A stretch of 64,000 nucleotides of DNA from Acidobacteria bacterium bin61 (lineage in GTDB: Bacteria; Acidobacteriota; Vicinamibacteria; Marinacidobacterales; SMYC01): positions 56,997-120,996 of the forward strand of contig CAUZCL010000008.1 in assembly GCA_963578475.1 (NCBI GenBank), given 5' to 3'. How positions within the stretch are numbered: the first letter of the stretch is position 1; every line of letters begins with the position of its first letter. The position numbers and the translations under genes were made by a program. Below the pieces are notes generated by a model that saw only the letters and a program-made list of their open reading frames with translations, made no database searches and was not told where the DNA came from. Of the stretch, positions 9,251-18,753 are shown in pieces.

Positions 9251-10807
9251 ATGCGGATGACCACCGGCCAAACGAAGGCGAGCGTTCTGTTCATGCTGTG
9301 CTTGAGTATCATCGCTGCGACCGCGCACGCGGAGTTTCGTGTGGATGAAGCCACCATCGCGGAGATACACGCCGCGATGAAGTCGGGTGAGCTGACTACG
9401 CGCCGCCTCGTCGAGATTTATCGCGATCGGATCGCTGCCTATGATCAAAACGGCCCAGCGATCAATGCCGTCATCCTGGTCAACCCTAATGCCATCACTC
9501 GTGCCGAAGCGCTCGACGAGCAGTTCGCACGCTCGGGCTTTTCTGGAATCCTCCACGGCATCCCGGTTTTGTTAAAGGACAACGTCGAGACGGCGGACAT
9601 GCCGACGACCGGCGGCTCGCTTGCTCTCGAAGGCTACCGGCCCAAAGCGGACGCGTTTCTCACACGAAAGCTCCGGGAAGCCGGTGCTGTCATAATCGCG
9701 AAAGTGAACTTGACCGAATTCGCGGCCTCAGGCATCACCAAGAGCTCGCTCCAAGGACAAACGCTGAATCCCTATGACCTCACGCGAACACCGGGAGGCT
9801 CGAGCGGCGGCACCGGTGCGGCGGTGGCGGCGAACTTTGGCGTCGTGGGGATCGGCACCGATACCGTCAACTCCATCCGCTCGCCCTCTTCCGCGAACAA
9901 CCTCGTCGGCATCAGGCCAACGCGGGGGCTCGTGAGCCGAGCCGGCATCATTCCTTTCTCGCTCACTCAAGATATTGCTGGGCCAATCGCGCGAAGAGTC
10001 GAGGATGCCTCACGGGTCCTCGACGCGATCGCGGGTTACGATCCCGAAGATCCCACGACAGCGTGGAGCGTTGGGCGTATTGGGAGCTATGTGGGAGCCG
10101 TCGATCCCCATGGCTTGAAAGAAGCGCGGCTCGGAGTGCTACGCTCGTTTTTCGGCGCCGCCGAGATTCATCGAGATGTGACCCGCGTCGTGAACGAGGC
10201 GATCGAAGCCATGCGGCAAATGGGTGCGGAGATCGTCGAGCTCGAAGCGGACATCGACGCCGACGAGCTCATCTCCAAAATGTCGGTCTCGGGTTACGAG
10301 CTCGACGCCCACCTGAGCGCCTACTTGAGCGCGACCGGAACGGCGGTGGGCTCGCTCAGAGACGTCCTCGCTTCCGGTAAATATGAGCCCATGCTCGAGG
10401 GACTCTACCAACGCGCGCTCACGCGGAGCGTAGAAGAGCCGGAATACGGGGTGCGGCTCCAGGCGAGACTGGACCTCCGTGACAAAGTAATGAAACTGAT
10501 GGCCGATCATCGGTTGGACGCTCTCGTCTACCCGCACCAAAAAAGACTCGTCGTTCCCCTGGGCGAGGACCAAGTCGACCGCAATGGCGTGCTCGGGGCG
10601 ATCACGGGCTTTCCGGCGATAACGGTTCCCGCGGGCTTCTCGCCGAAGACCGCAAGCGCCCCTCTGGGCGTACCCATCGGCGTGGAGTTTCTAGGACGAC
10701 CCTTTACCGAGCCGGTCTTGATTCGCCTGGCATCGGCCTTTGAGCAGAGCACAGGGCACCGCCACGCACCCGCAAGCACCCCACCACTCATGCAACAAGA
10801 ACCGTAG
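9251..10807 (+). CDS. Amidase (amidase-signature family), secreted
   Basis: GGAGGA sits 5 nt before ATG 9251. Signal MRMTTGQTKASVLFMLCLSIIAATAHA. Motifs: LLKDNVETADMPTTGGS, PGGSSGGTGAAVAA, GTDTVNSIRSPS. Confidence 0.9.
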   Translation: MRMTTGQTKASVLFMLCLSIIAATAHAEFRVDEATIAEIHAAMKSGELTTRRLVEIYRDRIAAYDQNGPAINAVILVNPNAITRAEALDEQFARSGFSGILHGIPVLLKDNVETADMPTTGGSLALEGYRPKADAFLTRKLREAGAVIIAKVNLTEFAASGITKSSLQGQTLNPYDLTRTPGGSSGGTGAAVAANFGVVGIGTDTVNSIRSPSSANNLVGIRPTRGLVSRAGIIPFSLTQDIAGPIARRVEDASRVLDAIAGYDPEDPTTAWSVGRIGSYVGAVDPHGLKEARLGVLRSFFGAAEIHRDVTRVVNEAIEAMRQMGAEIVELEADIDADELISKMSVSGYELDAHLSAYLSATGTAVGSLRDVLASGKYEPMLEGLYQRALTRSVEEPEYGVRLQARLDLRDKVMKLMADHRLDALVYPHQKRLVVPLGEDQVDRNGVLGAITGFPAITVPAGFSPKTASAPLGVPIGVEFLGRPFTEPVLIRLASAFEQSTGHRHAPASTPPLMQQEP

Positions 10808-10843
10808 GTTTCTTCTGCCCAACTGTAATAGAGAAGGAGTCGC

Positions 10844-11590
10844 GTGGAAATGGAACGCATTGCCGTTGTCACCGGTGCGGCGCGGGGAATTGGCTTAGCC
10901 ATAACCCGCGCCCTCTTGAAAGACGAGCTTGCCGTTGTTGGCGTCGATGTGAATGAGGCCGGATTGTCCGCCACGGCCGAGAAGCTCACCGCAGACGGCG
11001 CTTCTTTTGTCCCCAAACTCGCAGATTTAGCGGACCCAACCCAGGTGGCGCGCATTTTTGCCGAGATTGAGGAAACATTCGGAGGCGTAGACGCATTGGT
11101 GAACAACGCAGGAACCTGCTTCGTCAACGATTTCGTCGATATTAGCCCAGATGAGCTTCAGCGTCAGATGGCGATAAACTTTGACAGTACGTTCTATTGC
11201 TGTCAGCGGGCCATCCCCTTGATGCTTCGCCGCCCTGGTATCAAGAAAATCGTCAACATCTCATCCAACGCCGCCTACAATTTTGATGTGTTTGATCCGG
11301 CCCACTATCGCGCCAGCAAAGCTGCCGTCGATAACATGACCAAACATCTGGCTCGGTGCTACGCCAAAGAGAACATTGTCGTGAACTCCATCGCTCCTGC
11401 AATGACGCGCACCGATTTATTTGACGTCGTGGAGCCGGAGGTGCTGGCTCGCGCTATCGCTGAGATGCCACAAGGTAAACCCATGGAACCTGAAGAAGTA
11501 GCGGCCTGGGTGGCCTTTCTGGTTTCAGCAGCCGGCAACTGCGCCAGTGGCAATGTCATTATTCTCAACCAGGGTCGAGACGTTCGTTAG
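10844..11590 (+). CDS. Short-chain dehydrogenase/reductase (SDR)
   Basis: TGAARGIGLA (TGxxxGxG), NNAG, YRASKAAV (YxxxK). AAGGAG lies upstream of GTG 10844. Confidence 0.85.
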   Translation: MEMERIAVVTGAARGIGLAITRALLKDELAVVGVDVNEAGLSATAEKLTADGASFVPKLADLADPTQVARIFAEIEETFGGVDALVNNAGTCFVNDFVDISPDELQRQMAINFDSTFYCCQRAIPLMLRRPGIKKIVNISSNAAYNFDVFDPAHYRASKAAVDNMTKHLARCYAKENIVVNSIAPAMTRTDLFDVVEPEVLARAIAEMPQGKPMEPEEVAAWVAFLVSAAGNCASGNVIILNQGRDVR

Positions 11591-11647
11591 CCGCCGCTCG
11601 GAGAAAGGTGGGTCGGGCCGGGGCGGTGTCCACGACGCTCATTGACT

Positions 11648-12518
11648 TCACGAAACGATACCGAGCGGCTCGCGAGCTTTCCATTTGCCGCGCGTAAAGT
11701 CGGGTACGTCCACCGGACGTGACCGGTTGTTGACGGACACTTCGCTCAACGGTGCTACCGCAGACCAAGCGGCGGCATCGTACACGTCCTGGTCGAGGGA
11801 AAGACCGTTTCTGAGGCAATAGACCATACGCCACACCATCACGAAATCCATGCCTCCGTGGCCTCCCGCGCGCGTGGCCTCTTCACCGACACGTTTCCAC
11901 AGAGGATGCTCGAATTCGCGGCGAATGGGTTCGAGGTCTTGCCAGTCGTGGGTCTCGCCGCGGCCTTCGATGACCACGCGGTTCGGGTAGCCGCCGAACA
12001 TACCGCGGGTGCCTTGGATCAAGTTGAGACGGCTATAGGGTCTCGGTGTGGTCGTCTCCCACTGCACCATGATGCTACGGCCTTTGGCGGTCTGAATGAG
12101 CGTCGTGTTCATGTCGCCCGCGATGTAGCGCGCTTGGTTTTTGGAATGTTCAGGTGGGAAATTCTCTTTCGTCATATTCCCCGCGCGCATAGCCATCGGG
12201 CCGAGGCGCGCCCTGCGCCTCGGCATAATCCATATGCTCACGCATCGTGGGCTCATGGATATCGCAGAGGGCTTTCACCTCGACGCCTTCGAGCAGAAGT
12301 AGCTGGCGTAAGTGAAACCCGCCGCGGGCGCCAAGACCGATGAGACCCGTGCGCACGGTGTCCATTGATATGGACGCGCCTGCGGGGACTTGAGCGAGCG
12401 CCAGGCTTGCGCCGGCGCCACCGATCGTCTTCAGAAATTGTCTTCGGTTCGACACGCGGGGGAGTATACGAGTAGACTTCCCAACCTCACAAGTGGAGGG
12501 AACCATGAAGAACGCCAT
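11648..12518 (-). pseudogene. Gfo/Idh/MocA-family (GH109-like) oxidoreductase with Tat signal: internal deletion plus frameshift
   Basis: ORF 12150..12518 reads SNRRQFLKTIGGAGASLALA...VRTGLIGLGARGGFHL...VKALCDI (Tat signal plus Rossmann start). ORF 11648..12256 supplies only the C-terminal part (GNMTKENFP...[21 protein letters not shown]...). The two pieces overlap in different frames, and by my judgement of typical family length (not measured against a homolog) much of the middle is missing. Confidence 0.7.
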
Positions 12519-13860
12519 CGCGTTGCTTACTATCGCGCTCTTGGCTGGCTGTGCTTCCGAAGAGCCGCCGGCCCCGTCGACCGCGACCCATTACCAAGGC
12601 ATGAACGTCATCGTGGGTGATGGCACGTCCGTCATCGAGAACGCGGGGATGATCGTGGACGGCGGCAAGATCGTCGCTCTCGGCCCCTCCGCCGATGTCG
12701 AGGCGCCGGCCGGTGCCTCGCATGTCGATTGGACCGGCCGAACGATCATGCCGCTTCTTCACTCGCTTCATGTCCATGTCGGCTATCTCGTCGGCGACGG
12801 CATGGCGGCCGAGAACTACACGCGCGAGTCCATCCTCGCGGACCTCGATCGGCACGCCCATTACGGCGTGGGCGCAGTACTCGTGCTCGGCAGCGATGTC
12901 GGTGATATCGCTTTCGCGATTCGAGAGGACCAGCGCCAAGGCCATGTGGGAGGCGCCAAGCTCTATACCGTCGGACGCGGGCTGACGAGCGTCGGCGGCT
13001 GGCCCACCATCATCGCCGCGATCGCCGCGGCGCCGCAGCAAGTGGAAACGGAAGAGCAAGCCCGAGAAGCGGTGCGCGCGCTCGCCGGGCAGAAAGCCGA
13101 CGCCGTCAAAGTGTGGGTGGACGATGCGGGCGGACGTTTGCCGAAGATCACGCCCGAGCTCTACGGAGCCACCATCGACGAAGCGAACCAGCACGGATTG
13201 AAGGTTTACGTTCACGTCTACTATCTCGACGACGCCAAGAGGCTCGTCGAAGCGGGCGTCTCGTTTCTCGCCCACAGCATTCGCGACCAGGAAGTCGATG
13301 ACGAGCTCATTACGATGATGCGAGAGCGTGGCGTAGGCTACATCCCAACGCTCGTCGCGCACGAGGCCTCTATCGCTTATGCGGACCAGTCGGATTGGAT
13401 TGGAGAGTCCGCGATGCGCGAGACGGTGGATGCGAGCTTGATCGAGACGCTGACGAGCGAAGCTTTCGTCGAGAATGCGCGCGCGAACCCAGGGCTCGCC
13501 GCGACGCGGGAGCAATACGCGACGGCGCTCGTGAACGTGAAGAAGCTGCACGATGGCGGCGTTGCGATAGGTCTCGGGACGGACTCGGGAACGACGAACC
13601 GTTTTCCCGGCTATTTCGAACAGCGTGAGATCGAGCTCTTGGTAGATGCCGGCCTCACAGCGAATCAGGCGATCGCAGCGGTTACGAAAAATTCCGCGGA
13701 AGCGCTCGGACTCGACGGCACGCTCCACGTTGGTGCGCCGGCGGGCTTCGTCTTGTTGCGTAGCGACCCGCTAAGCGATGTTCGAAACACGCGCGACATC
13801 GAGGCCGTCTATTTCGACGGCGAAAAGATCGATCGCGCCGGAGGCGGCGCGTCTGACTAG
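12505..13860 (+). CDS. Metal-dependent amidohydrolase-family protein, lipoprotein
   Basis: GGAGGG sits before ATG 12505. Lipobox LLAGCAS. Motifs: LHVHVGY (HxH), KVWVDD, YVHVYY, LAHS, GLGTDSG. Confidence 0.8.
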   Translation: MKNAIALLTIALLAGCASEEPPAPSTATHYQGMNVIVGDGTSVIENAGMIVDGGKIVALGPSADVEAPAGASHVDWTGRTIMPLLHSLHVHVGYLVGDGMAAENYTRESILADLDRHAHYGVGAVLVLGSDVGDIAFAIREDQRQGHVGGAKLYTVGRGLTSVGGWPTIIAAIAAAPQQVETEEQAREAVRALAGQKADAVKVWVDDAGGRLPKITPELYGATIDEANQHGLKVYVHVYYLDDAKRLVEAGVSFLAHSIRDQEVDDELITMMRERGVGYIPTLVAHEASIAYADQSDWIGESAMRETVDASLIETLTSEAFVENARANPGLAATREQYATALVNVKKLHDGGVAIGLGTDSGTTNRFPGYFEQREIELLVDAGLTANQAIAAVTKNSAEALGLDGTLHVGAPAGFVLLRSDPLSDVRNTRDIEAVYFDGEKIDRAGGGASD

Positions 13861-13954
13861 CATAGCGTAGCCTCGCCAACCTCATTGTGGGAATGGGTCG
13901 TGGCTTGATTGAGCCACTGCGTGGGGCGACCCTTGGGGAAGCGCGAGGAGGCAC

Positions 13955-14152
13955 TTGGGAGGAATCAAGGAAGAAAAGCTCAACTGGGCCACCGTCGATC
14001 TCGACGACGAGGAAGCACTCGACAGCTTCGAGGAGCAAGAGCTTGATCGCGCCGGTGAGCGCATCCGGAAAGCTGTGAAGGAGCTCGAGGAGCTCGGTAT
14101 CGTGGACGAGAGAGGGCGGCGCATCAAGAAAGAGCTGCCTCCAGACATGTAG
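13955..14152 (+). CDS. Small acidic protein, putative antitoxin partner of the downstream zeta-like kinase
   Basis: 65 codons, TTG start with GAGGAGG just upstream. Strongly acidic and helical (DLDDEEALDSFEEQELDRAGERIRKAVKELEELG). Ends 46 nt before the P-loop gene. No family recognised. Confidence 0.4.
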   Translation: MGGIKEEKLNWATVDLDDEEALDSFEEQELDRAGERIRKAVKELEELGIVDERGRRIKKELPPDM

Positions 14153-14198
14153 CCAGATTCGAAAACCGACGTCTAGCTCTTCTGGGGCGACATCAAGG

Positions 14199-14825
14199 AT
14201 GCAGCCTCGTATGGTCGTCATCGCCGGGCCCGCCGGCAGTGGCAAATCCACCGCTTTTCCAGTCGTTGAAAGTGGCGTCGACGGCTTCAACATCGATGAT
14301 CGCGCTGCCGAGCTCAACGGCGGCTCCCACAGGAACATCCCCACTCAAACACGGGCTCGAGTCAACAAAGAGTGCGAGGAATTCATCGAAGCGCATATTC
14401 GCGAAGGTAAGAGTTTCGCGGTCGAGACCACCCTTCGTAGCGACATCACCCTTCGGCAGGCGGCTGCCGTCCGCCGCAAGGGCTTTTCTCTTCAAATGAG
14501 GTATGTCGCGCTCGAGGATCCCGAAACGAACGTTGAGCGAATCGCGAACCGGGCCGAACGAGGTGGTCACTCGGCCACGCCTAGCCGCATCCGCGAGGTC
14601 CGCGAGGCCGGTCTGAAGAATTTCCCCAAGGCCGTTCGCGAGTTCGACCGCGTCCGTGCTTACGACAATACCCGATGGGCGGAACGGCCCCGACTGGTCT
14701 TCCACGCCCGCGATGGCAAGGCCCGCTACGTCGCCGAGAAATTCCCGTCGTGGCTTCAGGGAAGCCTCAGGGACACAGAGTACGAGATCCGCGACCCAGA
14801 GTCCGGAAAGGAAGTTGAGAAATAG
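14199..14825 (+). CDS. Zeta-toxin-family / COG4185-type P-loop kinase
   Basis: MVVIAGPAGSGKST Walker A at the N-terminus. About 200 aa, with family-typical size and layout (FNIDD..., ETTL, ...NVERIANRAERGGH). Confidence 0.65.
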   Translation: MQPRMVVIAGPAGSGKSTAFPVVESGVDGFNIDDRAAELNGGSHRNIPTQTRARVNKECEEFIEAHIREGKSFAVETTLRSDITLRQAAAVRRKGFSLQMRYVALEDPETNVERIANRAERGGHSATPSRIREVREAGLKNFPKAVREFDRVRAYDNTRWAERPRLVFHARDGKARYVAEKFPSWLQGSLRDTEYEIRDPESGKEVEK

Positions 14826-14852
14826 ACGCCCCACAGAGGGCTGCGCAGCTTG

Positions 14853-16400
14853 CTAGACCTCTCGAGGACCCGGCCTCCCGTCCTCGATCTCGAAAGAAGC
14901 TAAGGTCTCGATCCCGGTATCGGGATCGGTGACGTCTCCGACGGCGCGGAGGTCGACTTGGGCGCGCTCTTTGGTGAGCTCTACACGGGCATAGCCGTGC
15001 CGAGCGCTGTTTCCGTACTGGATGTGCGGATTGTCCTTTTGTATTGCGGCGCGACGCTCTTCGGGCATGCCTGAGGACGTGATCGAGCCGCCGACGATTT
15101 CGCTCGCGATGGGTTTCGCATGCCCGTCACGAAAGTCAGTTTTGAGGTCCGACACCCAGAACGCGTGCACGTCGCCGCCAATGACGAGAGGGTTTCTTGG
15201 CGCGCTCTCGGCAATGAACTCCAGAAGCCGGGCCCGGGCCGCTGGGTAGCCGTCCCAACCATCGGTCCAAAAGGCGCGCCCGGGGCCAGGTGCGCGGTCG
15301 AGCTCGGCCATGAGCGTCTGCTGCGCGAGAATGTTCCACCGAGCCGTCGACCGCTCGAGATTTCGATGGAGCCAGGCTTCCTGCGCATCGCCTAGAAGGG
15401 TCAAGCTCGGGTCGAGCCGCGCGGGACAATCTGCAACGGTGTTCGAGCCGCCCTCGCCGGGACGCGGGCAAACTTGCGGCGTTCGATATTGCCGGTCGTC
15501 GAGCACTTGAAAGCGCGCGAGCTCGCCATAGGCGACTTCCGTGTAGAGACGCAGATGCTCGCCGAGTGGCGCCGCGCTGCGCCGGAGAGGCATGTGCTCG
15601 TAATACGCGTGGTACGCTGCCGTGCGGCGGCGGCGAAACCACGCTTCGGGATGGAGCTCTTCGCTGGCAAGATCGGCGTAGTCGTTGTCCACTTCGTGAT
15701 CGTCCCAGGTCACCAGCCAAGGGGCCGCCGCGTGCGCCGCTTGAAGATCCGTGTCGCTTTTATACTGCGCATAACGGTTTCGGTAGTCCTCGAGGGTCAC
15801 GGGTTCCGGCGCCGCGTGCCGGCGAACGCGCACACCGCTCGCTTTCCCTTCGTAGATGTAGTCTCCGAGATGGATCACGAGGTCGGGCTCGTCCGCGATC
15901 ATGTGGCGATAGGCACTGTAGTAACCCTTCTCGTAATGCTGGCACGAGGCGAACGCAAACCGGAGGCGTTCGGGAGTCGACTCCAAAAGCGGCGCCGTAC
16001 GCGAGCGACCGATGACACTCTCTTCGCTACCGACGCGGAACCGATACCAATAGGGGCGTTCCGGCTCGAGCTCTTCGACCTCGACGTGCACCGAGTGCGC
16101 CCAGTCCGGCGAGGCAATGGCGGAACCGTTCCGCACAACATTGGCCATACGGTCGTCGTTCGCGACTTCCCACTCCACGACAACGGGGGAGGGAGGCATC
16201 CCTCCGCCCATGAGCGGCACGGGTGCGAGGCGTGTCCAGATGACAAACCCTTCCGAAAGAGGGTAGCCGGAAGCAACACCCAACGTGAACGGATTTCTCG
16301 AAAAACGTACGGGACTTTGCCGGATCAAGAGCGCTGGCGCGGCCGCCGCCGTGCTTTTCAGAAAGTGGCGTCGTGAAACTCCGTGTTTTGGTGTTCGCAT
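14853..16400 (-). CDS. phoD: Alkaline phosphatase D (PhoD), Tat-exported
   Basis: ATG 16398-16400 gives MRTPKHGVSRRHFLKSTAAAAPALL (twin-arginine). Motifs: FASCQHYEKGYY, HLGDYIYE, WDDHEVDNDY, GGDVHAFW. Confidence 0.9.
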   Translation of the reverse strand: MRTPKHGVSRRHFLKSTAAAAPALLIRQSPVRFSRNPFTLGVASGYPLSEGFVIWTRLAPVPLMGGGMPPSPVVVEWEVANDDRMANVVRNGSAIASPDWAHSVHVEVEELEPERPYWYRFRVGSEESVIGRSRTAPLLESTPERLRFAFASCQHYEKGYYSAYRHMIADEPDLVIHLGDYIYEGKASGVRVRRHAAPEPVTLEDYRNRYAQYKSDTDLQAAHAAAPWLVTWDDHEVDNDYADLASEELHPEAWFRRRRTAAYHAYYEHMPLRRSAAPLGEHLRLYTEVAYGELARFQVLDDRQYRTPQVCPRPGEGGSNTVADCPARLDPSLTLLGDAQEAWLHRNLERSTARWNILAQQTLMAELDRAPGPGRAFWTDGWDGYPAARARLLEFIAESAPRNPLVIGGDVHAFWVSDLKTDFRDGHAKPIASEIVGGSITSSGMPEERRAAIQKDNPHIQYGNSARHGYARVELTKERAQVDLRAVGDVTDPDTGIETLASFEIEDGRPGPREV

Positions 16401-16448
16401 GAACAGGTTTCCTCTCGAACGACGAGAGCGTAGCACACGATGCAGAAA

Positions 16449-16480
16449 CCGGAGCGCTACTATAAGGAACAACGCTCCGG
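16449..16480 (-). terminator. Candidate intrinsic terminator of the propeller/ADH operon
   Basis: Minus-strand RNA CCGGAGCG-(16 nt)-CGCUCCGG followed by UUUCUGC, starting 52 nt after the stop at 16532. The loop is large, so this is tentative. Confidence 0.35.
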
Positions 16481-16531
16481 GTGGACGTTCCCCACCGAGT
16501 TTGGGGTCCCGATGATGATGCAGGCTTCAAT

Positions 16532-17650
16532 TCAGGAAATGTCAGAGCCGAAGGCGTACAGAATGCCGTCCTGCGAGCCGATGACGACCCGTCCATCGGC
16601 GAGCGCGGGGGAGGCGCCGAACGGAGCGCCCGCGTCGAACTGCCACAACTTCTCGCCGGTCGTGAGCTCGAAAACGTAGAAGCGGCCGTCACCCGAGCCG
16701 ATATAGACGCGGTTGCCCGCGATGACGGGAGAGGACTCGACGCGCGCGCCCGTACGGTAGGTCCAGAGAGAGGCGCCCGATTCTTGATCAATCGCGTGCA
16801 CAATCTTGTCACGGCCGCCGATGACGACGACGCCATTCGCTACCGCCGGGGAGGAATAGAAAGGGAAGTGGCGGATCGGGTGCTCATACCGCCAGAGGTA
16901 CTCTTTGTTCTTCAAATCGACCGCAAGCACGTCGTTGTTGAACGTTCCGTAATAAGCTATACCGTCGACGAGAGCCGGAGAGGAAGCCGTATAAGCGCCT
17001 GAGTTCAACTGCAGCTTCTCGGTGCCATCTTCGAGATCGATGCCGCGCAACAGGGCGTCGCATCCCGTTACGTAAACGAGCTCGCCGTCAAATCCGGGCG
17101 TGCTGTGAAGAGGCCCGAGGCTTTCAAAGGTCCACTGAAGCTCGCCCGTCTTGCGGTCGAGCGAGTATAGGTGCTCGTCATAGGACGCGATGAGCACACG
17201 GTTACCAATGACGACCGGAGAGGCTTTGATTTCCGCGCCGGTCTCGAACGTCCAGCGGGTCTCGCCGTTCGCTGTGTCAAAAGCGTGCACGACGCCGAGC
17301 AAGTCGCCGACATAGACGGTGCCGGCGATCACCATAGGCGAGGATTCGCCAAAGCGGTCCTCCTCCTCGCCGAAATCGCGCTTCCAGAGGACCGAGCCGT
17401 CGTCGAGGGCGAGCGCAGCGACGAGCCCTGGCAGTGCGGTCATATAAACGACGTTGTCGACGATGGCGGCGGAGGAGTCGATGGAAAAGCCGGCCTCGAA
17501 GCTCCAGAGAAGCGTCAGCTCGTCGGGGATCTCGGCGGCAGAGCGTCCCGTGCGCATTGGGCTTCCGCGAAACTGATTCCACGTGTCTTTCGGCGCGACG
17601 GTCTCTTGCGACGCGACCGCCAACAAAGCGAGGACACTCAGTAGGCGCAT
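16532..17650 (-). CDS. PQQ-like (BamB-type) beta-propeller repeat protein P1, secreted
   Basis: Signal MRLLSVLALLAVAS. The mature N-terminus has the WNQFRG motif shared by all six paralogs. Repeated blades of the type G.vy.g..dg.l.A.d..tG...W. Confidence 0.85.
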   Translation of the reverse strand: MRLLSVLALLAVASQETVAPKDTWNQFRGSPMRTGRSAAEIPDELTLLWSFEAGFSIDSSAAIVDNVVYMTALPGLVAALALDDGSVLWKRDFGEEEDRFGESSPMVIAGTVYVGDLLGVVHAFDTANGETRWTFETGAEIKASPVVIGNRVLIASYDEHLYSLDRKTGELQWTFESLGPLHSTPGFDGELVYVTGCDALLRGIDLEDGTEKLQLNSGAYTASSPALVDGIAYYGTFNNDVLAVDLKNKEYLWRYEHPIRHFPFYSSPAVANGVVVIGGRDKIVHAIDQESGASLWTYRTGARVESSPVIAGNRVYIGSGDGRFYVFELTTGEKLWQFDAGAPFGASPALADGRVVIGSQDGILYAFGSDIS

Positions 17651-18750
17651 CGGTAAATCTCCAGAGCGGCCGCTTCGTCGAAGGGCCGCGGGTTAAAGTG
17701 TCCCGTCCACTGCTTCGTGGCGGCGTGGGCGAGGCTCGGAAGGTCTTCTTCCAGGATGCCGTCATCACGAAGGCGCCGCGGAAGACCTCCGAGCTCGGCA
17801 AGCTCTTCTAGGCGGCTCGCGAGCGACTCGCCATCTTGGTGGAGCGCCGCGTAAGCCTGTACCACCGTATCCGCGTTGAAGCGCACCACGCTCGGCAAGC
17901 ACATCGCGATGGCGCGTCCATGGGCGGTTCCATAGCGCTGGGTGAGGGGGTTCGCGCAGGCATGGGTGGCGCCGAGCATCGAGTTCTCGATGGCGACCCC
18001 TGCATAGAAAGCACCGAGCTGCATCGCGCTTCGAGCTTCGAGGTCTTCGGGCTCCTCAAGAACGCGGGCGTAGTTTCCCACGAGCAATCGAAAAGCCTCC
18101 CGGGAGTAGAAATCGGACAAGGCGTTTCTCTTCGTGGTCACTGCGGTCTCGACAGCATGGGCAAGGGCATCGTAGCCCGTGATTGCCGTGACCGCCGTCG
18201 GCTGTGTTACGGTGAGCTCGGGGTCGAGAATCGCTATGCGAAAGCGCGAGGAGAGATCGGAGCAGGCCATCTTCACATGCGTCTTCGCGTCCGAGATGAG
18301 CGCGTAGGATTGCGCCTCGCTCCCGGTCCCGGCCGTCGTCGGGACGCCAATCATGGGGAGAAGCGGCTTCTTGTTCTTTGCGAAGCCGACATAGTCGCGT
18401 ATGACACCGCCATTGGTGAGGACAAAATTGACGCCCTTGGCGCAATCCATCGAGCTTCCTCCACCGAAGCCGATGAACGAATCGACGTTCTTCGACGACG
18501 CGAAGGCGCGTCCCCGCTCGACCATGTCGGTGTCGGGGTTCTCTGTGAAATCGCCGAAGACGAAGACTTCGATCCCGACGCGCGCAAGCAAGCCGAGGGC
18601 GCGATCAACATGGGGCGTCGCGAGAAGTCCGGGGTCGGCCGCCAACATCGTACGTTCAAAGCCGAGCTCTTTCGCGAGCTCGCCTAGGCGCTCGAGAGCG
18701 CCGCGGCCAAACACAACCCGCGGCTCGGGTCGGTAGTCGAAAGATTTCAT
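17638..18750 (-). CDS. Iron-containing (group III) alcohol dehydrogenase, no signal peptide
   Basis: GFGGGSSMDCAKG, PTTAGTGSE, GYDALAHAVE, GATHACANPL. The stop overlaps the P1 start by 13 nt, and the start lies 3 nt after the P2 stop. Confidence 0.9.
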   Translation of the reverse strand: MKSFDYRPEPRVVFGRGALERLGELAKELGFERTMLAADPGLLATPHVDRALGLLARVGIEVFVFGDFTENPDTDMVERGRAFASSKNVDSFIGFGGGSSMDCAKGVNFVLTNGGVIRDYVGFAKNKKPLLPMIGVPTTAGTGSEAQSYALISDAKTHVKMACSDLSSRFRIAILDPELTVTQPTAVTAITGYDALAHAVETAVTTKRNALSDFYSREAFRLLVGNYARVLEEPEDLEARSAMQLGAFYAGVAIENSMLGATHACANPLTQRYGTAHGRAIAMCLPSVVRFNADTVVQAYAALHQDGESLASRLEELAELGGLPRRLRDDGILEEDLPSLAHAATKQWTGHFNPRPFDEAAALEIYRCAY

Positions 18751-18753
18751 GCT

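Noticed and set aside
12487-13728. 413-aa ORF on the minus strand opposite the amidohydrolase gene
   Set aside because: It is a GC-rich shadow ORF. It is Arg/Gly/Asp-rich with low-complexity composition and no recognisable motifs. The plus-strand frame has a lipobox and amidohydrolase motifs.
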